From an uncultured bacterium (GTDB taxonomy: Bacteria > Oederibacteriota > PGYV01 > CAWJRG01), in contig CAWJRG010000005.1 in the NCBI GenBank assembly GCA_963845185.1, positions 416,001-480,000 on the forward strand: a stretch of 64,000 bases of DNA, in the 5' to 3' direction. The notes beneath the pieces were generated by a model. That model did no database searches, was not told where the DNA came from, and worked only from the letters and a program-made list of their open reading frames with translations. Below are positions 47,872 to 58,675 of this stretch, piece by piece. The first letter of the stretch is position 1. The number at the start of each line of letters is the position of its first letter. Position numbers and translations under genes: made by a program.

Positions 47872-50205
47872 TTAAAATTCCGCGCCCATGCCTATATACG
47901 GTATTCTCGGCAGGTTGTCTATAGTCCTTGTTTCGGTATAATCGTCATTATAGCCGATACTTTGCGGGTTGGGGCTGTTGAAAAAATTAATTATTTCCAG
48001 GTAAACGTAAAGGTTCCATCCCTCGAACTTAAAGGTATAATCCGTGCGCAAATCAAGCCTCATGTAATCCGCAAGCCTCTCGTTGTAAGTGGATGAAAAA
48101 ATGCCGTGCCAGTTGCCGCTGCTGTCCTGGTATTTGCCCAGCAGGCTTTCAAAAAGCGGGCCTGTGTTGTAGTGAAGCTTGGCTCCGATGCCCCACGCGG
48201 GCGTGAACTTGTAGCTTGCCACGAGCGACAGTATATTTGTCTGGTCGTACTGATAAAGCGACCACACGCCCGTAAAAGGGTCCAGGCGGTCCGACTTTGA
48301 AAGCGCGTAGGAAATCCAGCCAAAAAACCGCTCGCCATAATCAGCCTGCAGGAAAAATTCCACTCCTCTTGCTATGCCGAACCCGTTGTTGTTATATGTG
48401 GCTGTATTAGCTGAATATCCGTTTTTTGATATTGTTATGGAACCATGGCTTTCTAATATCAGGTCGGTGTATGTCTTGTAATAAGCGTCCACCCTGCCTG
48501 TAATTTGGCTTGATAATTTTTTCTCCACACTTGCCGCAAAGTGCTCTGCCACCTCCGGCTCAAGGCCCGGGTCTCCGAATTCCTTATTCAGTTCAAAACC
48601 TTCAGGAAACTGGCTGTAGTATCCCCATGCAGCCCTGCATATTGTGCTTTCGTCATACTGCCACTGGATTTGTAAGCGCGGGGTTACTGTGTCACGGCCC
48701 ACTTGGTCGTTCTTGTCGTACCTCGCTCCCGGTGTAAAAATAATAGAATTCCCAATCTTTATCCTGTCCTCCAGGAACACAGCCCGGTCCAGGCTGTTTG
48801 TGTTGATTGTTGTGCCCTCAAAGTCGCTGAACCCGGTGCTTTGTGAATAATTTTCAAAAAAATCAAGTATGGCGCTTTCATTGATAACCTGGGCCTGTCC
48901 GCCGACAACAATCTCGTGTTGCAAGCAGAGCAGCTCTCCGGCCTTCCAAGACAGTTCTTCCTTTATTCCGTAAACATTTGTTAATGTATTTATACCCATG
49001 CTGCCGTCACTGAAATTATCGTGTATTCCGGTTTGATAGAAGTACGGCGTCAGGGTCGAAACAATGCCCTGAATCGACGTGTTTACCCAGTTTATGCCTG
49101 TCGTAAATGCGCCGTTATCCATGTTAAAACTTCCTGTAAGCCCTGCTGTATCCGTTATGCTCTGCGGTATCTTGAGTAGCAATCTGTCGTCGTCGCCGAG
49201 AGCCATGACATGAAAATGGTTTGCCGGGCCAAGCGAAAAATCAACAGTTCCCGACAGGTCCCAGAAATAAGGTATCAGGACAATGCCGTCAAAGCTCATC
49301 CTTGAAAGGAAAATATCCAGATAGCTGCGCCTGCCCGCAATGGTAAAAGACGCGTCTCCCAGCCCGAGCGGCCCCTCAAGCAGCAACTGCGAGTCCAGCA
49401 TGCTGATGTCTGCCTCGCCGCTTAAACGCGTTTTATTGCCCGGCCGTGTGTGGGCGTCAAGCACAGCGCCCATGCAGTCACCCCAGCGCGTGTCAAACCC
49501 GGCTTCATTTAAATCAACCGATGAAAGTATGTCTGTGTTTATGGTGGACAATATCCCTCCAAAATGAAAAGGAAAAGGCCACGGTATGTTGTCGAGCAGA
49601 TAAAGGTTGTCATCCGGCCCGCCGCCCTGCACCGATATCTGGCTGGAAAAGTCGCTCAGCGCTGCAATTCCCGGCATGCTCTGCATGGCGCGCAGTGCGT
49701 CGCCTGCCGTGCCCGGGACCTTTTTTATCTCGTCGCTGCTTATGCTTGATGATATTGTCTCAGGTTCTTCCTTTTTGGCGTTTACCACAATAGCATCTGA
49801 AGTAAAATCCACGCGCTCAAGGTAAATATTCAATACAATGTCCTGCCCCGGTTCAACTTCAACAAGCCTGCTTTTGTCGGCGTAGCCGTCTGCCTTGAAG
49901 TCGATATAAACCTTCCCGGCCGCAATACTTTTTAGAATATAATTGCCTTTGCTGTCTGACTCCGCTGTTATTGTCGTGTAAATTATGCCAGCAATTGCAC
50001 CTTCCACAGGGTCTGATGTGCCCAGTTCCATTATCCTGCCGCGCACCTGGCCTGTAGGCGTGACATCAGCCACTGCTGTATTCGTAACCCCGGCAGTTGC
50101 AGCATCACTGGCTATCCCCGTGACCGCTGCTGGCGCATCGGCGGCTTTGGCAGGCAAAACAAGCGCTAATAAACATGTTGAAATAAATAATACCCGTTTA
50201 AACAA
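47872..50205 (-). CDS. TonB-dependent receptor, paralog of the adjacent gene
   Basis: Same architecture: KKVPGTAGDA, QGGGPDDNLYLLDNIPWP, ends GAEF. Confidence 0.9.
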   Translation of the reverse strand: MFKRVLFISTCLLALVLPAKAADAPAAVTGIASDAATAGVTNTAVADVTPTGQVRGRIMELGTSDPVEGAIAGIIYTTITAESDSKGNYILKSIAAGKVYIDFKADGYADKSRLVEVEPGQDIVLNIYLERVDFTSDAIVVNAKKEEPETISSSISSDEIKKVPGTAGDALRAMQSMPGIAALSDFSSQISVQGGGPDDNLYLLDNIPWPFPFHFGGILSTINTDILSSVDLNEAGFDTRWGDCMGAVLDAHTRPGNKTRLSGEADISMLDSQLLLEGPLGLGDASFTIAGRRSYLDIFLSRMSFDGIVLIPYFWDLSGTVDFSLGPANHFHVMALGDDDRLLLKIPQSITDTAGLTGSFNMDNGAFTTGINWVNTSIQGIVSTLTPYFYQTGIHDNFSDGSMGINTLTNVYGIKEELSWKAGELLCLQHEIVVGGQAQVINESAILDFFENYSQSTGFSDFEGTTINTNSLDRAVFLEDRIKIGNSIIFTPGARYDKNDQVGRDTVTPRLQIQWQYDESTICRAAWGYYSQFPEGFELNKEFGDPGLEPEVAEHFAASVEKKLSSQITGRVDAYYKTYTDLILESHGSITISKNGYSANTATYNNNGFGIARGVEFFLQADYGERFFGWISYALSKSDRLDPFTGVWSLYQYDQTNILSLVASYKFTPAWGIGAKLHYNTGPLFESLLGKYQDSSGNWHGIFSSTYNERLADYMRLDLRTDYTFKFEGWNLYVYLEIINFFNSPNPQSIGYNDDYTETRTIDNLPRIPYIGMGAEF

Positions 50206-51714
50206 TTGTATATTCTCCTTTTCTAATTAAATCGATTATTACATGAATGTTACTTTTTGTCCTCATTTTTTATCTTTCCCACTTGCTGAATATGATTGTA
50301 TAAATTAACTAATTGTGGATCATTACCTACGGTTTGCATTCCTTCTTTCAAGGTATTTAATGCTTTGTCTGATTGCCCTAATTTATAATATGTATAGGCG
50401 ATATATACGTAAATTCCTGCGTTTTTATCCATTTCCTTTGATTTCTCGAAATATTTTAAAGCTTCCGTTAAATTATTGTTTTGAAAATAATACGCGCCGA
50501 TATTTTTACTTATAATAGCAGTACTATAATTTTTCTTCATTAAAAATTCATATATGTCCATTGCTCTTTCGTAATTACCTTTTGTCATCATGCTTGTCGC
50601 TTCATTAAATATCGCTTCATATTGCTTATTTAAATCAATTTCCCCTATTTTATCAATATATGTCTGAAATAATGCCGTGTTATTGTCTCCGTATTGTAAT
50701 GCCTTTTCAAACATTTCCTTTGCCATCGGTAAAATTCCATCCCTAAAATAAACCATGCCTAGAGTATCATAAGCTTGCCAAAAATTTTCCTTTTTCCCTA
50801 TAGCTTTTCTTAAATATTTTATTTGGTTATCCGTATCATTCAAATCTTTATAAGCAACCGATATATTGTAGTAAAAAATCGGTTCATTTTCTTTCATTAC
50901 ATCTTTAAAAAGAAAAAACATGGCTTTTTTATAAAGTTGCAACGCTCCGATTGGATTTCCTTCTGATAAGAGGTCATTGCCCTGTTGTATCATGCAAAAG
51001 GGATACCACATAACGAGTCCCGAATTTCTTGCACTGTAATCTATATATTTATCATATAATCCGTGATTATAGGAATAAGACTCAAATATTCTAGACGATA
51101 ACGGGGTGCTGTTTTTTAAGTACTTTTTTAACAATCCTATTTGTTTGAAATTATAACCTAACTTTAATTTATCTACGTCAGGCGACAAGGTACTTTCAAA
51201 TATATCAATATTATTTTTTGAATAGTAGGTAATAATGTTATTTAAATTTTGTGTCGGGTTATTTACTTCTAACGAAATACTTGAATATTTTTTAATAAAA
51301 TTATCTAATTCCCATTTAAAAGGTAAATACATAACGTTTACAAGTTTTATGTCCTGTCTTTGTTTTTCGATTGTCTGAATATAAGGTAAAATATCATAAT
51401 CACCCTCACAAAGATATAAACTATCCTTATTTATAGTTTTTAAAATATTGTTGCCATAATCGTACGCTTGATAATCGTATCTGCTGTTGTTTTTATTTAA
51501 ATTGTTATATCCCATAAATAAAATCAATAAAAATATTACGGTTAAAAAAATATATCTGAAGCCCTTTTGCTTAAAAAATTCTAAAATTAAATACATTCCT
51601 GTGATAATAAATAACATTAAAATATACTGAACAGGCATAAGGAAAATATCAATAATCCACATTTCATTTTCAAGGCTGCGATTTGGAATGAACCCCTTCG
51701 TTTGGACACTCGGA

Positions 51715-52524
51715 TTAGAACAAACCGGCCTGTTCCTGTAGTTTAGTTTCAAATTCTACCGGTGGAACGTAGCCTATTGCCGAATGCAATCTTTTTTGAT
51801 TATACACCTCCTCTATAAAAAATGGAATCCTTTTCAAGACGTCATCGATAGTTTTATAATCCCACATATAAACTTCTTCACATTTAATTGTTTTCATAAA
51901 ACTCTCGGCTCCGGCGTTGTCGTACGGGTTGCCTTTGCGCGACATGCTGATAGTAAATTCGTGTTCCTTCAAGATGCCAACGTAATCGTTGCAGGCATAC
52001 TGCACGCCGCGGTCTGAATGATGGACTACGCCTGTTCCGGGCTTACGTCTCTCTATGGCCATTTTAAGCGCTCCTATAGCAAGGTCGGCATCAAGATACA
52101 GCGAAATATTGTAGCCTATGACCTTTCTTGAAAAAGCGTCCAGTATCACCGCTAAATACACGAAGCCAAGCAAAATTCTGATGTATGTTATGTCTGAACG
52201 CCAGAGCTGGTTTAACGTTGTCAGGATCATGTCCTTCGCTATATTCGGGTAAATCCTGAACGGGTGATTGGAGTCTGTGGTTTTTACCCACTTGCGTTTG
52301 TACACCACCAAAAGCGAGCTTTCACGCATGATTCTTTGTACTCTTTTGTGGTTTACAATCACACCTTCACGGTGAAGCTGTTTTGTAACCCGCCTATATC
52401 CATATCCTGCAAACTCAAGAACTATCCGTTCAATTTTATCTCTTAAATCACAGTCCACCTTTAATTTTTTCTGGTTTTTTTCTTTGGGTTTGTAGTAATA
52501 ACTGCTTCGGCTCAACCCAGTCAT
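51715..52524 (-). CDS. IS3 OrfB (DDE integrase core)
   Basis: GYRRV, WRSDITY, HHSDRGVQY, DNAGAESF. Confidence 0.95.
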   Translation of the reverse strand: MTGLSRSSYYYKPKEKNQKKLKVDCDLRDKIERIVLEFAGYGYRRVTKQLHREGVIVNHKRVQRIMRESSLLVVYKRKWVKTTDSNHPFRIYPNIAKDMILTTLNQLWRSDITYIRILLGFVYLAVILDAFSRKVIGYNISLYLDADLAIGALKMAIERRKPGTGVVHHSDRGVQYACNDYVGILKEHEFTISMSRKGNPYDNAGAESFMKTIKCEEVYMWDYKTIDDVLKRIPFFIEEVYNQKRLHSAIGYVPPVEFETKLQEQAGLF

Positions 52525-52880
52525 TTTGCACCATCTTTTAACTTCTCCTTGCCTTCTTCGCCCGGATATGGCCCGCCGAATAAACTCTCTCTTTTCTTTG
52601 GTGCTTTTGCAAGGTGTTGACAGGCTTTTTTTAAAAAGTCATTGTCCATAGTCATCTGCCCAAGCTTGCGTTCAAGCTCCCGGACATGTTCTTTAAGCCC
52701 CTCGACTTCATCAGGTTCATTGCCGTATTTGCCACGGGCATAATTTTGCTTCCAATTCTGGAGTAATCCCCCTGATATTCCATATTTCCGGCTTATCTGC
52801 GCCGGCGTACTTACCTTGGATAGCAATTCTTCTACTACTTGTATCCTAAATTCTTTGTCAAAAACTCTCTTTGGTTTCAT
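52521..52880 (-). CDS. IS3 OrfA (HTH)
   Basis: FDKEFRIQVVE...LERKLGQ; A7G slippery site at 52632-52625. Confidence 0.9.
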   Translation of the reverse strand: MKPKRVFDKEFRIQVVEELLSKVSTPAQISRKYGISGGLLQNWKQNYARGKYGNEPDEVEGLKEHVRELERKLGQMTMDNDFLKKACQHLAKAPKKRESLFGGPYPGEEGKEKLKDGAK

Positions 52881-53917
52881 AGATGGTCTCCTTTGCCTTA
52901 TCAGGCCAGGTCTCCGTCTATTCTAACACATGTGTCCAGTCTCTTGGGTGCAGCCCAATTGTAAATAACAACCATAAAAGCAATTATTAAAATCGAACTT
53001 AAGAACAAATAAAAAATTTCTTTACTTCTTTTGTTCAAAATATAACCACCTGCAAACATTAAAATCCAGAGAATAGAATAATTGTTAAATAAAAGTATAA
53101 AAAATTCCTTTATTTGATACTCATATAATTGTAAAGTCGCAGGGATATCGTTTACATATCCCGACCTTAATACAGTCCACCAAAAATTTTCCCATGTATT
53201 CGGCTTTAACATATAAATAAAAATACCATCTGTGCCTGCTCTTATAGGCAGATAAAAATACGGGCTTAACCCAACAAATAGTAATAACGCTGCCGTTATA
53301 ATATTTTTTTGATTTATTTTTTTTCTGCATTTAAAAAACAAATAACCGAAAACCGGTAAAAGTATTATCATGGTAGGCCAGTGATTACAAAGCGAAAGCC
53401 CGTAAATAAACGACATAAGATAGAAATATTTAATATTAAATCTTTTAAGCAGTTTCATACTTAAATATATTAATATTGCGAGGAACAAAAGATTTAATAT
53501 ATATATCCCGCCTTTTGCTTCGATTGCTTGGTTCCAAAAAATATAGGATAAAGCAAGTATAAATATACCTAAAAAATTTATTGTTTTATTTTCACAATTA
53601 AAAATATATAAAATAATTTTTCTAATAATAAAATAAGAAAATAAAAGTACCAGCATGGCAAGAAATATGGCGAATAAGTTAATCCTGAAAGCTGGTGAGC
53701 CGACAGGCAATGAAGAAAATACTTTTCCCGCCATTGTAAAAAGTGGGTAACTGGGTGAGTGGCTTATACCAAGAGTATATGCAGATGTTATTGTTTCAGG
53801 TGAGTCATCGCTTTTAAATGCCGGAACCATGGTGTAAAGATATAATTGCAATATAACAATTAAAAAAACTATCAATACTATAATTTCTTTGTATTTTTTA
53901 ATCATTTTTACTCTGCA

Positions 53918-54529
53918 TTATTGCAACTTAAATATTACCGGAATTACCATGCGGACGTTAATGGGCCTGCCGTCACTGTCAAGAGCGGGCTTGAACCTGG
54001 CGTATTTAAGTTTCTCTTCCACGACGCTGCCGAACCTCGGGTCGCTTGATTCGAGTATTTCCACTTTCCTGACAATTCCCGAGAAGTCTATGAGCACCTC
54101 TGCCTTTACGGTCCCTTCTACGCCCTCTTTCCTGGCGTCCTGCGGATAGTCGGCGTCTGTTATCATTCCCGTTATCCATTCCGGCCTGTAGGAAGCCGAT
54201 GCAACAGCCAGCCAGTCCTGCGTGTTTTGCGGGCAGGGAGGCGGGCATTCAGCCGTAGCTTCTTCCTGGGTTTTTTCAGGTATTTTCAGCGGCTGTTTTG
54301 GGACAACCCCTAAATGTCTGCCTGTCTGCAAAAACCACAATTCTTCACGCCTGTATTGCTGTGCACCCTTCAGCGCATTTGCCGGTTTCAATAACAGCGA
54401 CGAATGTTTCAAGTCAATGTCCATTGACGAAAGCAAGTTTATTTTCCGCCACTCCACATAGCCGTAAAGTATCCCGAATATCGATACATGTATGAATGCC
54501 GATAAAACAAGGCCTTTCAGAAAATTCAT
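53918..54529 (-). CDS. tonB: Energy transducer TonB
   Basis: N-terminal TM with S...H, YPQDARKEGVEGTV, RFKPA. Confidence 0.9.
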   Translation of the reverse strand: MNFLKGLVLSAFIHVSIFGILYGYVEWRKINLLSSMDIDLKHSSLLLKPANALKGAQQYRREELWFLQTGRHLGVVPKQPLKIPEKTQEEATAECPPPCPQNTQDWLAVASASYRPEWITGMITDADYPQDARKEGVEGTVKAEVLIDFSGIVRKVEILESSDPRFGSVVEEKLKYARFKPALDSDGRPINVRMVIPVIFKLQ

Positions 54530-54927
54530 TTTCTCTCCACCGCGAGCGCTACTTTTACCACGCCTGCCAGTTTTATTGCGTCAAGAACTTCAGCTACTTT
54601 TTCATACGATACGTCCTTGTCTGCCTTTACCAGAATCTTCACTCCGGGGTCAAGCTGCGCCTCGTGCTCTATTTTTTCCCTCAGTTCCGCCAGGCTCACG
54701 TCCTTTTTTATAAGCTTTATCTCCCCGTTTTTCGCCAGCGCCACGCTTATCGCCGGGCTCGGCGCGTTTTCACGCGTGCTGACTTTGGGCAAAACCACGC
54801 TCAGCGCCTGCTCGCTCATAAATGTGGCCGTTACCAGAAAAATAATAAGCAGAACCATCATTATATCCACAAGAGGGGTTACGTTAATGCCGGTTACAAG
54901 CATCTGGTCTTCGTCGTTTGTATTCAT
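54526..54927 (-). CDS. exbD: Biopolymer transport protein ExbD
   Basis: INVTPLVDIMMVLLIIFLV, ADKDVSY. Confidence 0.92.
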   Translation of the reverse strand: MNTNDEDQMLVTGINVTPLVDIMMVLLIIFLVTATFMSEQALSVVLPKVSTRENAPSPAISVALAKNGEIKLIKKDVSLAELREKIEHEAQLDPGVKILVKADKDVSYEKVAEVLDAIKLAGVVKVALAVERK

Positions 54928-55553
54928 TTTGCCCTCCTTGTTTCCTTGAGGTACGCGAGCAAAATATGCGACAGGCTTTCGCTGTTTTGCTGTATCTGCT
55001 TCAGCCTTGACACAAAATAATTATTCGCAATTACAGCCGGTATTGCCACCAGGATACCGAAGGCAGTGGCGATGAGTGCGGTAGAAATGCCTGCCATGAC
55101 CACGGTAACTCCGGACTGGCCAGTTACAGCAAGGTCGTTAAACGCCTTTATTATGCCGAGCACCGTGCCGAAAAGCCCCACAAAAGGCGCGTTATTTCCC
55201 ATGGTGGCAAGTATGATGAGGTTTTTTTCAAGTTTCATCTTTTCCCTGAGCCAGCGCGAGGTCATGACTTCCTCCACTGCAGCAGAGCCCTTTGGTATGC
55301 TGACGAGTCCCTCAAGCGCGACTTTTGCCTCCACGCGAGAAGATAAAGTAGCGAGTTTTATCGCGGACTTTATGTTCCGCCTGTTTAAACACTGGGCAAG
55401 GTTGTCCATAAAAGCCGCAATGTCGCCTTTGCCTTTTGAAAAAACTATGTACCTTTCGACCATGACTGCCACGCTTGCAACGCTGGCAGCCAGAAGCAGA
55501 TAAAGTACCCATACGTCTCCTGATAGTGCAAGGGTTTTGAATATCTCGTTCAT
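54924..55553 (-). CDS. exbB: MotA/TolQ/ExbB proton channel
   Basis: APFVGLFGTVLGII, ALIATAFGILVAIPA. Confidence 0.92.
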   Translation of the reverse strand: MNEIFKTLALSGDVWVLYLLLAASVASVAVMVERYIVFSKGKGDIAAFMDNLAQCLNRRNIKSAIKLATLSSRVEAKVALEGLVSIPKGSAAVEEVMTSRWLREKMKLEKNLIILATMGNNAPFVGLFGTVLGIIKAFNDLAVTGQSGVTVVMAGISTALIATAFGILVAIPAVIANNYFVSRLKQIQQNSESLSHILLAYLKETRRAK

Positions 55554-55634
55554 GTAAGCCTCCTTTTCAGGTTTTAAAGATAAAATGAGGCTTTTGCCTC
55601 ATTTTTGAGTATAAACTTTGACTTCCGGCTTCCT

Positions 55635-55713
55635 ATATTACGGCAACAACCTTTTGCTGTCAAGATTTACCATATAATCCTATTTAGACGTGTGCCGTTT
55701 ATCATATGTTTCC
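55635..55713 (-). promoter_or_regulatory. Tandem ECF-type and sigma70 promoters upstream of exbB
   Basis: GGAAAC-N17-CGTCTA (55713-55685); TTGACA-N17-TAATAT (55663-55635). Confidence 0.6.
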
Positions 55714-55812
55714 TTATGTTAACAACAAGCCTGGGGTTTTCTTTAGAAAATAAGCCTAGAATTAATCTTGCTCAAATCCGATAGGTTGATTTTTCAGGTC
55801 AAATCTCAGGTT

Positions 55813-56841
55813 TTAACGATTATAATTGCTTTTAGGTGAATTTTTCTCAGTAAATCTAATTATTTCACTCATCATTTCAACGCAGGCGTCCGGATACAGG
55901 CCTGCAGCGGTTTCAGCAGAAAGCATGACATAATTTGTGCCGTCGAGTATGGCGTTTGCCACGTCAGACACCTCTGCCCTTGTGGGCATGTGGTTCTCAA
56001 CCATGCTTTCCAGCATCTGCGTGGCTGTAATGACAAATTTTTTCGCCCTGTTGCATTTTTTTATTATTTTTTTCTGCATAATCGGCACTTCGTAAACAGG
56101 CAGGGATACGCCCATGTCTCCCCTCGCTACCATTATCCCGTCGCACACGCCGATTATTGAGTCAATATTTCTAATCCCGTCACGGTTTTCAATTTTGGCA
56201 ATAAGCTTTGCTTTATGCTTTCCGAGGTATTCTCTTATTTCAATTATATCGTCTTTGCTCCTCACAAACGACTGTGCGATACAATCAAGGTTGTTTTCCA
56301 CGCAAAAATCAATATCTTTTTTATCCTTTGAATTCAATCCATGTAAATCCAGTGTAAGGTCGGGTATGATAATGCCTTTTCTTTCCTTTATCATGCCCGG
56401 GATAAGCATTTTTGCCTTAACCATGTTCTTTTCAACACCCTCAACCATAAGCCCGATATTGCCGTCGTCAATGTAAATATGCATGCCTTTTTTAATCCTG
56501 TTGATTGGGCCCGTATAATCAAATGGGATTAGGTTGCCGCTTCCCTTGATATTTCCCTGTGTAAGCCACACAACCCCGCCTTTGTTAACCTTTATAGGCT
56601 CGCCGTTTTTTAGCCTGCCTATCCTTATCCTGTAACCCTCGAGGTCGCCGAGTATCTTTACATTGCTGCCGTATTTTTTGTTTATTTCTCTTATCTGCTT
56701 TATTCGGCCAAGATGCTCATCAAGGCTGCCATGCGAAAAATTCAGTCTTATTATGCCCATTCCTGCCCGCACCATTTTTAAAAGCATGCCCGGCTTATCC
56801 GACGCCGGGCCTATTGTGCAGATTATTTTTGTTTTCGGCAT
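55813..56841 (-). CDS. pyk: Pyruvate kinase, short form lacking the C domain
   Basis: [43 protein letters not shown]. Confidence 0.93.
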   Translation of the reverse strand: MPKTKIICTIGPASDKPGMLLKMVRAGMGIIRLNFSHGSLDEHLGRIKQIREINKKYGSNVKILGDLEGYRIRIGRLKNGEPIKVNKGGVVWLTQGNIKGSGNLIPFDYTGPINRIKKGMHIYIDDGNIGLMVEGVEKNMVKAKMLIPGMIKERKGIIIPDLTLDLHGLNSKDKKDIDFCVENNLDCIAQSFVRSKDDIIEIREYLGKHKAKLIAKIENRDGIRNIDSIIGVCDGIMVARGDMGVSLPVYEVPIMQKKIIKKCNRAKKFVITATQMLESMVENHMPTRAEVSDVANAILDGTNYVMLSAETAAGLYPDACVEMMSEIIRFTEKNSPKSNYNR

Positions 56842-56893
56842 TGAAAAACTCCTTTTATGCGGGAATTTAATTATTAGAATCTAGTATAGTGAA

Positions 56894-58645
56894 TTATTTT
56901 AGCACTTTGCTGCCATTTGCTTGATATTCCCAATCAAACGATACTGATGCCTTAGAACTCAATCCTTCCCCTTCCAGGCATTTTATTTTGTTAATCTTAA
57001 TTATTCCAAAACAATTTTCAGTGCTTTTAAAAGCATATAAATGACCTTCTATAATAGGCATCATATTCCTATTTTCCGGCACATCAGGTATTTTGTTTAT
57101 ATCCTTGATATTGTTAATGCCCATGTCCAAAAAATACCCATTAATACTCACATTGCATTGCGATTTATTGATTTCAGTATCCTTGTGAATCCAGGCGTCA
57201 AAATACAAATCCGACCTGAAATTATGCTGAGAATTGACTTCACCTCTGGAAAAATCAAAGCCCACGGAATTTTTATTATTGCCGGTTACTATACTGACAT
57301 TTTTGCCGTTTGTAATTTCAGAAGGTTCTTTAACATCATCAAAAGAATACAACATTTTATCTTCATATTCCTGTATCATCATAACATTATTTTTTTCAAT
57401 TTCAGATAAATCACCTTTAACAATTTCTTTCGGCCTAAAATCTTTATGCGTAGATAATAAATTATTTCCAGGATTAAAAACTTTTTTGTAAAATTCATTT
57501 AAAATGTTGTCTTCAAAAACTTTGCCGTGCCTGGCATAATAATAATTACGCAGCAGCCTGAAAAATATGCGCTGTTCCCACGGATCCAATTTACGTGCCC
57601 CTTCTCCCATGCACCAATTAAGTAACAACAGAAAATGCGCCGCTTCTTTATAATCCATGATTTTCTCATTGAGCATTTGTTTTACCGGTACAAAATCACA
57701 CAAACTTAAAAAATATTGAGTATTCCAATAAATCTCGGCGTTTATGGGACCATTCCTGTCTATTTCAAGTCCTTCGCCGCCGCCAAACGAATACGTAAAT
57801 TCAATATCATCCATTTCTTTTACATAATATTCATGCCATTCAATCGTGTTTTCTTTTGAATTAAAAAAGTATTTTTGAGGCGAAATATTAAATATACGGA
57901 TTTTGTCAAGTTTATCAACAGGTTCTTTTAACCATCGCTGATCAAATGTTTTTTCCAGCCCTGTAAGATGAATATAAAAATGCGCCTCGTATATTTTATC
58001 CTCCCAGAACTTCGCGGTATTCCTGATATATCTTATAGTACGGCTGACTCCTTCTTTGTTCATACTTAAATCCGAAGGGGTCTTGTAAGTGCAGACAACT
58101 TCCACAGTTTGTTGCGCTTCAATCGATTGTTGCCATAGAAAAACAACGTCATAAAGAGGTGTTTCATTATCTTGGTTTTCTTTTTTTATTTCAATCTTGT
58201 GTATTGTTTTTTTCAGAGGATAATTGTTACTTATAATTTTCTGTATTTTCTCCTGTTCTCTTTTTAATGCGTTTGTTTCATCAATATCGTTTATTCTTTT
58301 ATTTACAGTTACATTTTCTCCGTTACTCTTAACTTCAAAATCAATCTCGTTTATTATTTTTTCAAAATTCCTTTTTGACTCTTCGTATGTCCCGCTCTGA
58401 TCCATAGTCATATTAAAAGGAAATCCCATCTGAAAAATAATATCTTTTTTACCCAAATTTTTTAAATAAAATCTGCATACTGTTTTATCGTAATATATGT
58501 GCACTATTTCCTTAATAAGTTGTACCCCTTTAATATCATATGGTACTACTGTTATTCCATAAGCTCCCGGTGCAAAAGACGCACCATTTGCAAGAACAAA
58601 ATTGTAAAAAATCAAAGAAACAATTAAAAAAATGCTTTTTTTCAT
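56894..58645 (-). CDS. Secreted YARHG-domain protein
   Basis: LLRNYYYARHGKVF, LSEIEKNNV; signal peptide. Confidence 0.75.
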   Translation of the reverse strand: MKKSIFLIVSLIFYNFVLANGASFAPGAYGITVVPYDIKGVQLIKEIVHIYYDKTVCRFYLKNLGKKDIIFQMGFPFNMTMDQSGTYEESKRNFEKIINEIDFEVKSNGENVTVNKRINDIDETNALKREQEKIQKIISNNYPLKKTIHKIEIKKENQDNETPLYDVVFLWQQSIEAQQTVEVVCTYKTPSDLSMNKEGVSRTIRYIRNTAKFWEDKIYEAHFYIHLTGLEKTFDQRWLKEPVDKLDKIRIFNISPQKYFFNSKENTIEWHEYYVKEMDDIEFTYSFGGGEGLEIDRNGPINAEIYWNTQYFLSLCDFVPVKQMLNEKIMDYKEAAHFLLLLNWCMGEGARKLDPWEQRIFFRLLRNYYYARHGKVFEDNILNEFYKKVFNPGNNLLSTHKDFRPKEIVKGDLSEIEKNNVMMIQEYEDKMLYSFDDVKEPSEITNGKNVSIVTGNNKNSVGFDFSRGEVNSQHNFRSDLYFDAWIHKDTEINKSQCNVSINGYFLDMGINNIKDINKIPDVPENRNMMPIIEGHLYAFKSTENCFGIIKINKIKCLEGEGLSSKASVSFDWEYQANGSKVLK

Positions 58646-58675
58646 AACTAGTCCCCTTTGTTTTTTGTAATCCTG

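Larger units (their letters stand above)
51684..52957 (-). mobile_element. IS3-family insertion sequence
   Basis: 26-bp imperfect TIRs TGGGCTGCACCC...TGGACAC / TGGAATGAACCC...TGGACAC; 3-bp ATT duplication. Confidence 0.93.
50250..53905 (-). pseudogene. DUF2723 (TMEM260-like GT-C) plus TPR protein interrupted by IS3
   Basis: DDSPE, LGISHSPSYPL, NHW, YLPIRA; removing the IS and one ATT joins VVIYN to RSLENEMW in frame (792 aa). Confidence 0.88.

Noticed and set aside
50250..51752. 500-aa TPR ORF as an independent gene
   Set aside because: Its first ~24 codons come from the IS3 end; it is the 3' half of the interrupted DUF2723 gene
55554..55812. Cobalamin riboswitch before exbB
   Set aside because: No B12-box recognised; only promoters and one hairpin (55582-55605)
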